A stretch of DNA of 32,000 bases from an archaeon (GTDB lineage: Archaea > Iainarchaeota > Iainarchaeia > Iainarchaeales > JANQMZ01): contig JANQMZ010000007.1 in assembly GCA_028279805.1 (NCBI GenBank), forward strand, positions 600,001 to 632,000, in the 5' to 3' direction. A model generated the notes under the pieces. The model searched no databases, was not told where the DNA came from, and saw nothing but the letters and a program-made list of their open reading frames with translations. Below, one piece after another: positions 1 to 6,368 of the stretch (position 1 is the first letter of the stretch; each line of letters begins with the position of its first letter). The position numbers and the translations under genes are program-made.

Positions 1-426
1 AAGATAAGGGCCATGGTGTGTTGTCTCCGTTTCAATCTCATAATCTTTTAATGAAAATTTTTCTTTTTTTTCCAGCAAGGAAAGAAAATAATTGCGTAAC
101 AAAAAAGCGCTTGATTTGACCAGTTTTTTCGTTTTGCCTCCCAAAGTGCCTTGCCCCCAGCAGCCAATCGGATGGCAGGTTAAGGCAGGAATTCCTGCTT
201 TTGAAGAATGCCTGGAAGCAAAAATAAAAAAATCTGAATTATGCAAAGCCAAATGGTCAGCATTTAAAGGTTCTTTGTCAATGGTTAGCAGTTCAAAATC
301 CTTAAATGAATAAATTGGCTCGTTATCAAAAGATTTTTCTGTTTCTTTGAACGAAAAATTTTCCAAGAGCCTTTGCTTAATATTTAAATCGGCTGTATTT
401 TTTTTGGAAACAACTATTGTATACAT
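1..426 (-). CDS. dtdA: D-aminoacyl-tRNA deacylase, archaeal DTD2 type; N-terminal 142 codons, gene continues past the left edge
   Basis: Absent from the ORF track because it is open at the window edge. Minus-strand ATG at 426..424 gives MYTIVVSKKNTADLNIKQRLLENFSFKE...DFFIFASRHSSKAGIPALTCHPIGCWGQGTLGGK... The SRHSS-x-x-G-x-P-x-LT-x-H-x-x-G block is what I recall from archaeal DTD2. The + ORF 92..313 is its antisense shadow. Confidence 0.7.
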   Translation of the reverse strand, partial: MYTIVVSKKNTADLNIKQRLLENFSFKETEKSFDNEPIYSFKDFELLTIDKEPLNADHLALHNSDFFIFASRHSSKAGIPALTCHPIGCWGQGTLGGKTKKLVKSSAFLLRNYFLSLLEKKEKFSLKDYEIETETTHHGPYL

Positions 427-432
427 AACAAG

Positions 433-903
433 TCATTTTTTGTAATTTTGGGAAATTTTATCTAAAACTGTTTCAATTTCATCAAGAGAATAATTTACAT
501 CATTTCTGACCCAGTGTGAAAAAGATTCCTTTAAATCCATCCGGTCAGCCCGCGGAGCAGGATTTAAAAAATACAAATTTTTTTTTCTTACAATAATACC
601 CCATTCGATTAATTTGCTTAAATGATACCTGATTAATTTTTCTGAAACATTTAATTTGTATTTTTCTTTTAATTTTTTCTGAATATCAAAAGTGCCCGGG
701 TTGGATTTTTTTGTTATCAGAAAATAGAAAACAGTGTCCAGAATATTTAATGCGGTGTTCCTTTCATCTTTTTCCGAAACCATTCCGAAAGCCAGTGCAA
801 ACCATCTGAGCAGAGAACGCTTTGTCAGCTTTACAGAGGGGGGCAGATCCATTTTTCTTATTATGAATGTTTTTCTGATTAATTCAAGTTCCGGTTTTGC
901 CAT
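433..903 (-). CDS. Hypothetical winged-helix type DNA-binding protein
   Basis: 156-aa ORF. AGGTGA Shine-Dalgarno lies about 5 nt before the ATG. The stop is 6 nt upstream of the dtdA start, so the two are a likely operon. The segment LNVSEKLIRYHLSKLIEWGIIVRKKNLYFLN looks like a recognition helix plus wing. Confidence 0.55.
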   Translation of the reverse strand: MAKPELELIRKTFIIRKMDLPPSVKLTKRSLLRWFALAFGMVSEKDERNTALNILDTVFYFLITKKSNPGTFDIQKKLKEKYKLNVSEKLIRYHLSKLIEWGIIVRKKNLYFLNPAPRADRMDLKESFSHWVRNDVNYSLDEIETVLDKISQNYKK

Positions 904-975
904 ACAATCACCTGCGCCTTCGGCGCAAGCGCCACTGAAAGTGGCACGACGTGCAGCCTGAGTCAGCAGGCTCGG
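904..975 (-). promoter_or_regulatory. GC-rich structured 5' leader (three consecutive hairpins) ahead of the 433..903 gene; could also be an independent small RNA
   Basis: Hairpin 1 is 913-917/923-927 (TGCGC/GCGCA). Hairpin 2 is 931-935/941-945 (GCCAC/GTGGC). Hairpin 3 is 955-960/967-972 (AGCCTG/CAGGCT). The island is strongly GC-rich in an AT-rich genome. It ends at the SD (908-913) of the downstream minus-strand gene. A TATA-like CTTTAAACTATTTTTT (minus strand, about 1000-1015) sits upstream. Confidence 0.4.
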
Positions 976-1070
976 AAAAAAGTTTTTTCCTTTGGCAAAA
1001 AATAGTTTAAAGTGTTATTTAAGGTTTTTGATTAGTGTAGTTTTTAAGCTTTTTTGGAATCAATGGTAAT

Positions 1071-1427
1071 ATGGCGTTAAGGATTGAATACAGGTTTACT
1101 CCGTTAAGGCTTGTTATTGACAGAAAAGAGCCTGTTCAGATGAAGGTTACTCTTACAAATGTTGGAGCTGAACCGGAAAAAATTTCACTAAAAACAGTTT
1201 TATCAAAAGAATTGGGGATGGATAAAAGCGGTATAAAAAACGCGGCGCTGGAAAGAATTGATTCTCTGGAGCCTGGAGAATCCAAAGTTTTCTATTATGA
1301 TATAAATGCAAAGCATTCAACAACACCGGGCGAGCATCAGATTACTGTTGTGGCTGAAGAGCATTACCGGGATTATAACCACAAAAAACAGGAATACATG
1401 GTTAATGCGGAAATAAGAGTTGAATAA
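1071..1427 (+). CDS. Hypothetical protein, probable beta-sandwich (CARDB-like pattern)
   Basis: 118-aa ORF. A TATA-like TTTTTAAGC sits about 25 nt upstream of the ATG, suggesting a leaderless transcript. The alternating pattern VQMKVTLTNVGAEPEKISLKTVL...GESKVFYYDINA...GEHQITVVAEE resembles CARDB/DUF11-type strands. No signal peptide. Confidence 0.55.
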   Translation: MALRIEYRFTPLRLVIDRKEPVQMKVTLTNVGAEPEKISLKTVLSKELGMDKSGIKNAALERIDSLEPGESKVFYYDINAKHSTTPGEHQITVVAEEHYRDYNHKKQEYMVNAEIRVE

Positions 1428-1430
1428 TTA

Positions 1431-1449
1431 CACAAATTGTTGGACAAAC
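1431..1449 (+). repeat. CACAAA-N4-TGGACA intergenic motif, copy 1 (CACAAATTGTTGGACAAAC)
   Basis: Lies 3 nt after the stop of 1071..1427 and 17 nt before GTG 1466. Its 16-nt core is identical to the copy at 7877..7892. Confidence 0.6.
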
Positions 1450-1465
1450 GTTTTTTGGTGACCTC

Positions 1466-1798
1466 GTGGGACTTAAGGAAACAAAAACCGGTTTGAATAA
1501 AATAAAGCTTCTTAATTTAAATGATGGAAAAGTTTGGGAAATTTTGAATGTTGCCCGGGAAAAGAAAGGGTTTGATTCCGGCTTTATAAAAAAAATTTAC
1601 AATAACATTCTGTGGCTTAAAAAGGAAAATGAGAAGATGAGGAAGGAAAAAGACAAACATTTGGAAATTGAATATGGGGATAAGGAAAAAGCTGATGAAA
1701 TTGACAAAAATGTTGAAAAAATTGAGGAAAATATTAAACCGGTTTGGGATGAATTAGTTAAAGATTTGAAAACTGTTGAAATTGGTTTTGAAGATTAA
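1466..1798 (+). CDS. Hypothetical small charged helical protein (local paralog group, member 1)
   Basis: 110-aa ORF with a GTG start. Shares GFIKKIYNNILWLKKENEK and PVWDELVKDLKTVEIGFED blocks with the next two ORFs. Confidence 0.5.
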   Translation: MGLKETKTGLNKIKLLNLNDGKVWEILNVAREKKGFDSGFIKKIYNNILWLKKENEKMRKEKDKHLEIEYGDKEKADEIDKNVEKIEENIKPVWDELVKDLKTVEIGFED

Positions 1799-1836
1799 TG
1801 TTTTTATACCAGAAACGCTTAATTTTAGTGATTTAA

Positions 1837-2100
1837 ATGGATTTACCACACAGGCCAAGCAATAGACCTAATAAGTTTGTGAGAAGAGATTCTGTTCTTA
1901 GAGGTAAAAAAGAGCTTATAGAGCGTTTAGCCAGACAACAAGCCCGGCAAAATGGTGCCGATGTTGGAAGCCTAATGCATTATATTGAACGATTAAGGGA
2001 TGAAAACTCAAGGCGTGGGCAGCATAGTGAAGAAGCTCAGGTGTTGTGGAAAACGATTGAAGAAATTTTGAATGAGCTTGACATCCGCCTAGAGTATTAA
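1837..2100 (+). CDS. Hypothetical small charged helical protein (local paralog group, member 2)
   Basis: 87-aa ORF. TATA-like TTTTTATACC sits about 28 nt upstream of the ATG. Carries the blocks GSLMHYIERLRDENSRR and VLWKTIEEILNELDIRLEY. Confidence 0.5.
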   Translation: MDLPHRPSNRPNKFVRRDSVLRGKKELIERLARQQARQNGADVGSLMHYIERLRDENSRRGQHSEEAQVLWKTIEEILNELDIRLEY

Positions 2101-2105
2101 AATAA

Positions 2106-2124
2106 CACAAAAACCTGGACAAAG
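2106..2124 (+). repeat. CACAAA-N4-TGGACA intergenic motif, copy 2 (CACAAAAACCTGGACAAAG)
   Basis: Lies between the stop of 1837..2100 and ATG 2131. ACACAAAAACCTGGACA (17 nt) is identical to 3231..3247. Confidence 0.6.
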
Positions 2125-2130
2125 ATTTTT

Positions 2131-2598
2131 ATGAGCCGAAGAAGAGGGGAAAGAAGTAGAAATGTCAGAGATTCCGTGGAGCACATTTCACCCCACCCCG
2201 CAGCTTTTAGAAATGTTCTTGGTTTTGCTAGATTAAAGCAAATAGTTATCAGTGAGGAGGACATTGGTTTGCTGCATTCCTTTTATGAAAATTTGAGAGA
2301 AAAGAAAGATGCGGGGTTAAAAGAAGAGGCTAAAGAAATTGAATCAAAAATAAAAGAGCTTTTGGGCAAATATGGCATTTCAATGGAGGGCGTGCCTAAG
2401 CATTTCTGGAAACCCATTTTTGAGGCAGCCGATAGAAGAGGCATTGAGTTTACAAGAGAAGACCGAGATACTATACTAAGGCTGTGTGATGTTCTGGAAG
2501 ATGTTGCTGCAAAGGAAAATCCTGATCCACAAGCTTACTCGCTTACAGTTGAAGAATTGAATGCGGTTTTGCAAAAATACAATCTTGTTTATACATAA
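2131..2598 (+). CDS. Hypothetical protein (local paralog group, member 3, with extra C-terminal domain)
   Basis: 155-aa ORF. Carries the blocks IGLLHSFYENLREKKDAG and HFWKPIFEAADRRGIEFTRED. Confidence 0.55.
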   Translation: MSRRRGERSRNVRDSVEHISPHPAAFRNVLGFARLKQIVISEEDIGLLHSFYENLREKKDAGLKEEAKEIESKIKELLGKYGISMEGVPKHFWKPIFEAADRRGIEFTREDRDTILRLCDVLEDVAAKENPDPQAYSLTVEELNAVLQKYNLVYT

Positions 2599-2685
2599 CC
2601 TTTTTTTGCATATTCGACAAAAACGCAAAAAAACATAATTCTGAAGTTTTAAGCCCTTTAAACCGCTTTCCAGGAATACGCCCCC

Positions 2686-2719
2686 ATTGTGCAGCACAAC
2701 ATATATTATGCTGCATAAT
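2686..2719. repeat. Inverted repeat / hairpin ATTGTGCAGCA-N12-TGCTGCATAAT
   Basis: 11-bp arms (2686-2696 and 2709-2719) with one G:T position and a 12-nt loop. TATTATGCTGCAYAAT recurs at 7482..7497 with 15/16 identity. Confidence 0.45.
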
Positions 2720-2808
2720 CGAGGGTTGGAAAGGGGGTTGAAATTGACCTGTTTAAGGAGTTTTTTAAGGGAGTTTGTAGTTGGGTGTTTCAGGGCCTAA
2801 AAACATGG

Positions 2809-2832
2809 TTATGTATAAGTAGTTGTTGTGTG
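2809..2832 (+). repeat. TTATGTATAAGT-GTTGTG direct repeat, copy 1
   Basis: TTATGTATAAGTAGTTGTTGTGTG. Related to 3205..3230 and 5805..5830. Confidence 0.5.
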
Positions 2833-2876
2833 AAAAACTTTTAATATTACTTTGAGCATTCTCTTATTGATTTAGC

Positions 2877-3023
2877 ATGGGAAAAAGACCGAGAAGAATA
2901 TCCGTAAGGCCCGGGCAGGGAAATCAGGCAGGTTCGAGGAACCTTGGAACGGGAAACCCACAAGGGCAAAACCAAAGAAACCGGCAGATAAGACAGCACA
3001 GCAGGGGCCGGGGAAAAAAATAA
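2877..3023 (+). CDS. Candidate 48-aa basic, low-complexity micro-protein (MGKRPRRISVRPGQGNQAGSRNLGTGNPQGQNQRNRQIRQHSRGRGKK)
   Basis: Below the ORF-track length cutoff. ATG 2877, TAA 3021-3023. TATA-like CTTTTAATATT at about 2838-2848 sits about 30 nt upstream, fitting a leaderless transcript. A hairpin plus T-run follows the stop directly. The region is purine- and GC-rich relative to its surroundings. Confidence 0.35.
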   Translation: MGKRPRRISVRPGQGNQAGSRNLGTGNPQGQNQRNRQIRQHSRGRGKK

Positions 3024-3040
3024 TTAACCTTTTAGGTTAA
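3024..3040. terminator. Bidirectional hairpin terminator TTAACCT-TTT-AGGTTAA
   Basis: Perfect 7-bp stem. Followed by GGTTTTTG on the + strand and by TTATTTTTTT on the - strand. Confidence 0.45.
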
Positions 3041-3125
3041 GGTTTTTGCCTGATTTTTGTATTTTTTGGTAATTTGGGTTAAGGATAGGATGGCATAAAT
3101 TTTGCTCTTTTTGGGGATGGAATTT

Positions 3126-3144
3126 CTTTGTCCAAGAATTTGTG
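3126..3144 (-). repeat. CACAAA-N4-TGGACA intergenic motif, copy 3 (minus strand: CACAAATTCTTGGACAAAG)
   Basis: Read as the reverse complement of CTTTGTCCAAGAATTTGTG. A TATA-like TATTTTTTTATGG lies about 25 nt upstream on the minus strand. Confidence 0.55.
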
Positions 3145-3204
3145 TTGTTTCGCTCTTTAGACCCCGGCACCATAAAAAAATACAAAACAAAGAAAAGCAA
3201 GTTG

Positions 3205-3230
3205 ATTATGTATAAGTTGGTTGTGGTTTT
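3205..3230 (+). repeat. ATTATGTATAAGTTGGTTGTGGTTTT direct repeat, copy 2
   Basis: About 22/26 identical to 5805..5830. Directly abuts motif copy 4. Confidence 0.55.
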
Positions 3231-3231
3231 A

Positions 3232-3250
3232 CACAAAAACCTGGACACTA
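3232..3250 (+). repeat. CACAAA-N4-TGGACA intergenic motif, copy 4 (CACAAAAACCTGGACACTA)
   Basis: Overlaps the stop codon of the M16 peptidase gene, in inverted orientation relative to that gene. Confidence 0.6.
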
Positions 3251-4474
3251 TTTTTTACTGCGGCCCGGCTTCAGAATTATAGTGGTAATATTGTCAACCT
3301 GCAGCCTTCTTCTGGCCGTGCTTTGGACAGCTTCCGGGGACACCTTCTTAACGGCATCAATTCTGTTTAAAGGGTTTTTCCAGCCATAAAGCTCTGAATC
3401 AATTATTGCCTGTGCTTCCCTTAAAGGGTTTTCAAGATTAATAATTTCTTTTCCTTCAAAAAATTGTTTTGCTTTTTTGATTGTCTGCATGCTTTCTTTT
3501 TTGTTTCTTATTCTTTCAAGCTCTTTTACAATTAAGGATTTGATTTTTGGAATGTTTTTTTCTTCCGTGGCAACATAAACAGCAAAATAACCATATTCTG
3601 ATCCTATGTCAAAATCTGAAAAGATTCTATAACACAAGCCTCTTTTTTCCCTTATTTCCTGCTTTAACCTCCCACTTAACCCACCCCCTAAAATTGCCTG
3701 AATCAATTCAAAAGCATTGGCGTCCTCGTGATGAGCATTCATAACAGGAAACCCCAGACACAGATGCGTCTGTTGAATATCGCGTTCAAATACTTTTTCG
3801 CTTTGCTTGATTTTAGGTTTTTCAAGTTTTGATTTTTTTGTCTTTTGGGTTTTGTTTGCAAATTTTTGATTAATTTCTTTCTTTAAAAAATCAAAATCTG
3901 TGTTTCCGGATACGCATGCAACCAGATTGTTGGGGGCATAATAATCAGAATAATATTTTTCAAGGGTTGGCCGGGACATTGCTTTGATTGTTTGTTCCGT
4001 ACCCAGAATGCTCCAGCCAAGCTCTGTTCCTTTAAACGCTTCTTTGACAAAGGAATCAAAAACAAAGCTTAAAGAATTGTCATACGAGTCACGAATTTCG
4101 TTCAGAATAATGTTTCTCTCTGTTGGCATTTCTTTTTCCAAAAGCAATGAATTCTGCATGCATTCACCCAAAATATCAGTTGCCTTGTCAAGGTGTTTTG
4201 GCAAAATTTTGATATGATATCTTGTGGTTTCGTGGCTTGTAAAAGCGTTGATGTCTCCGCCTACAGAGTCAATTGTTTCTGTTGTCTGCTTGCGATTATA
4301 TTTTTCTGATCCGGTGAAAGCCATGTGCTCCAGAAAATGAGCTGCGCCATAATCTTTCTTTTTCTCATAACTTGAGCCGAATTTTGTTGCAATTTGTATC
4401 GCCGCCGACTCTTTTGCTGTTTTTCTGAATAATAAAACCAGCCCGTTATCTAAAACGGTTCTTTCAATTTCCAT
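3248..4474 (-). CDS. M16 (pitrilysin/insulinase) family zinc peptidase
   Basis: 408 aa. Inverted zinc motif HFLEHMAFTGS (HxxEH) near the N-terminus. Two-lobe M16 layout and length. Confidence 0.9.
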   Translation of the reverse strand: MEIERTVLDNGLVLLFRKTAKESAAIQIATKFGSSYEKKKDYGAAHFLEHMAFTGSEKYNRKQTTETIDSVGGDINAFTSHETTRYHIKILPKHLDKATDILGECMQNSLLLEKEMPTERNIILNEIRDSYDNSLSFVFDSFVKEAFKGTELGWSILGTEQTIKAMSRPTLEKYYSDYYAPNNLVACVSGNTDFDFLKKEINQKFANKTQKTKKSKLEKPKIKQSEKVFERDIQQTHLCLGFPVMNAHHEDANAFELIQAILGGGLSGRLKQEIREKRGLCYRIFSDFDIGSEYGYFAVYVATEEKNIPKIKSLIVKELERIRNKKESMQTIKKAKQFFEGKEIINLENPLREAQAIIDSELYGWKNPLNRIDAVKKVSPEAVQSTARRRLQVDNITTIILKPGRSKK

Positions 4475-4538
4475 AAAGACGATAGAAATAGTGTAAAAAA
4501 GTATTAAATGCGTTTAGTAGAAACAGAATTAGAGAAAG

Positions 4539-4736
4539 TTATGCTTTCGCTTTCTCTACTTTTGCCTGTTTAGCTTTATTTTCTTCTTCTTTTTCTCTTT
4601 TTGTTCTGCCGAAATTGGCATATTTTCTGTACTTGGTTTTGGTCCAAGCTTCAGGCTGAGAAGACCTGAGTTTGAATTCTTCTTTTAAAAGTTCCATTCT
4701 CATTTTCTCAGTTACATTTAAGTCCGTTGATTCCAT
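4539..4736 (-). CDS. Hypothetical small basic protein (65 aa, MESTDLNVTEKMRMELLKEEF...)
   Basis: The track ORF 4539..4907 is trimmed to the internal ATG at 4736. That ATG is preceded by GAGGAGGA (SD) and ATATATAAG (TATA-like) on the minus strand. The upstream part of the track ORF overlaps the xerA start region. Confidence 0.5.
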   Translation of the reverse strand: MESTDLNVTEKMRMELLKEEFKLRSSQPEAWTKTKYRKYANFGRTKREKEEENKAKQAKVEKAKA

Positions 4737-4880
4737 AAAAATTTCCTCCTCTTTTTTTAAAAAAAAGCAGCACTTATATATTGCTACTCCGTTATATAAA
4801 AACCTTTTTGAAATTTGCCTGCTTTTGCTGCCTTTTAAGCCCAAAAAAAGCCTTTTATAGTAGAAAAGCGTTTTGGTGTT

Positions 4881-5717
4881 ATGCTGCAAAAAGAAGCTTT
4901 GTTGCAAAAATTTAAACAGGAATTGGTTGTTGCGGAGTATTCGAAGAGAACAATTGAAACATACCTTCGTTATGTAGAAGACTTCCTTTCTTATGTAAAA
5001 AAGGATCCGGGACAGTGCACAAGAGATGATGTGGTTGGTTTTCTGGCCCAGAAAAAAGAATCGTCAGATACAAGCGGTTCGACCCTAGCTCTTGTGTTTG
5101 CCTCTCTTAAATTCTTTTTTCATTCTTTTTTGAAACACAAGATAATGGAGGATATTAAAAGGCCTAAAAAGGGCAAATATCTTCCAACGGTGCTTACAAA
5201 AGACGAAATTAAAGCGCTTTTATCCTCAATCAAAAAAAAGAGGGACGTGCTTATGGTTGAATTTCTTTACTCTACCGGTGCAAGAGTCTCAGAATGTACT
5301 AAGCTTAAAGTAAAAGATGTTGATTTTACAGAAAATATTGCAAGAGTTAAAGGGGGGAAAGGGAATAAGGATCGCGTTGTTGTTTTGTCAAAAAAATGGG
5401 CTGAAGAAATGCAAAAAAATATTAATCGTAGAAAAAAAGAAACAGAATTTGTTTTTCCAAAAGCAAACGGCAAACAATTAAGTGTTGATACCGTTCAAAG
5501 GGTTGTAAGAGAGGCTGCAAAAAAAGCAGAAATCAACAAACACGTCACCCCCCACGTTTTAAGGCATTCTTTTGCAACACATTTGCTTGAGGCCGGGGAA
5601 AGTATCAGAAAAATCCAGGAGCTTTTGGGCCATGCAGACTTGTCAACAACACAAATTTACACAAAAGTGTCAACAGATGAGCTGAAAAAAGTGGTTAGTC
5701 CCATGGACAATTTATAA
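4881..5717 (+). CDS. xerA: Tyrosine recombinase, XerA/XerC/XerD-like
   Basis: 278 aa. N-terminal SAM-like core-binding domain (YSKRTIETYLRYVEDFL). Catalytic region ARVSE...VLRHSFATHLLEAGESIRKIQELLGHADLSTTQIYT, giving the R..H-x-x-R..H..Y signature. Confidence 0.9.
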   Translation: MLQKEALLQKFKQELVVAEYSKRTIETYLRYVEDFLSYVKKDPGQCTRDDVVGFLAQKKESSDTSGSTLALVFASLKFFFHSFLKHKIMEDIKRPKKGKYLPTVLTKDEIKALLSSIKKKRDVLMVEFLYSTGARVSECTKLKVKDVDFTENIARVKGGKGNKDRVVVLSKKWAEEMQKNINRRKKETEFVFPKANGKQLSVDTVQRVVREAAKKAEINKHVTPHVLRHSFATHLLEAGESIRKIQELLGHADLSTTQIYTKVSTDELKKVVSPMDNL

Positions 5718-5804
5718 TTGGGCAGCCCGCACTTCCACCATTGCCAAAAGGCGTGTTTGATGCCCTGTTTTTTTAAATTCTGGTGAGAAAAGAAAACAAA
5801 CAGA

Positions 5805-5830
5805 ATTATGTATATGTTGGTTTGTGTTTT
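5805..5830 (+). repeat. ATTATGTATATGTTGGTTTGTGTTTT direct repeat, copy 3
   Basis: Lies 88 nt downstream of the xerA stop. Direct repeat of 3205..3230. Confidence 0.55.
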
Positions 5831-5960
5831 TTGCGTTTAAATCTTTCAGATTTTTTTATTTGAAGCGTTATGACAAAAGCACTTCAAACCGCGCTATAAA
5901 ACGGAAAACTTTAAATATAAGAAATTCCTATTATTGTCCAGTTATTTAGGGGTGTTACAC

Positions 5961-6251
5961 ATGAGATTGTCTGAATTTTTTGGGATGGATATTTATACTG
6001 TTAACGGAGAAAGAAAAGGAAAAGTTTTTGATCTTGTTATAAACCTTGAGAAAGGAAAAATTGAAACAATGACAACCGAAGCTCTCAAAGCAAGGAACAA
6101 AAAGGAAGCTAAAAAAATAATCAGCGAAAAAAGCATTCCATACAGAAGAGTAAAATCTGCCAGAGACATTATTGTTGTTTCAAACACAGAATCTGCCGAA
6201 CAGGAAGAAGAGCCTGAACCAAGAAGCAGATATTTGCATAAAAGACGCTAA
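5961..6251 (+). CDS. PRC-barrel domain protein with acidic/basic tail
   Basis: Start moved to ATG 5961 (SD AGGGGTG; TATA-like CTTTAAATATAAG at about 5908-5920). The sequence FFGMDIYTVNGERKGKVFDLVINLEKGKIETM fits the PRC-barrel pattern. Confidence 0.6.
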   Translation: MRLSEFFGMDIYTVNGERKGKVFDLVINLEKGKIETMTTEALKARNKKEAKKIISEKSIPYRRVKSARDIIVVSNTESAEQEEEPEPRSRYLHKRR

Positions 6252-6368
6252 TTTGCGCTTTTTTCTTGTTTTTTTAATTTCATAAAAATGTTTAAATTAA
6301 CTCTTCATTTATATTTATACATAAAACAGTTTTGTTTTAGTAAATATGTATAATAGTGGAAGTGTTGG

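Noticed and set aside
92-313. 73-aa + strand ORF from the track
   Set aside because: It lies entirely antisense to a much better minus-strand reading frame (dtdA, 1..426) that has a recognisable DTD2 motif. It has no start context of its own.
2870-3015. GC-rich patch containing AGGCCCGGGCAGGGAAAUCAGGCAGG, which at first looked like the SRP RNA helix-8 region
   Set aside because: The stretch is almost purely purine-rich with no complementary pyrimidine partner strands and no paired termini. A far better SRP RNA exists at 15108..15380. It is re-interpreted as a possible micro-ORF.
3024-3248. 74-aa minus ORF, and the 68-aa minus ORF at 1916..2122, both starting MSRFLC
   Set aside because: The shared N-terminus is simply the reverse-complement translation of the CACAAAAACCTGGACA motif. 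The rest is low-complexity or antisense to a better gene.
5718-5770. GC-rich stretch after xerA (GGGCAGCCCGCACTTCC...TGCCCTGTTTTTTT) considered as a dif site or ncRNA
   Set aside because: Only the outer GGGCA/TGCCC pair is complementary. There is no 11-6-11 inverted-arm architecture. It is most simply a weak terminator followed by a T-run.
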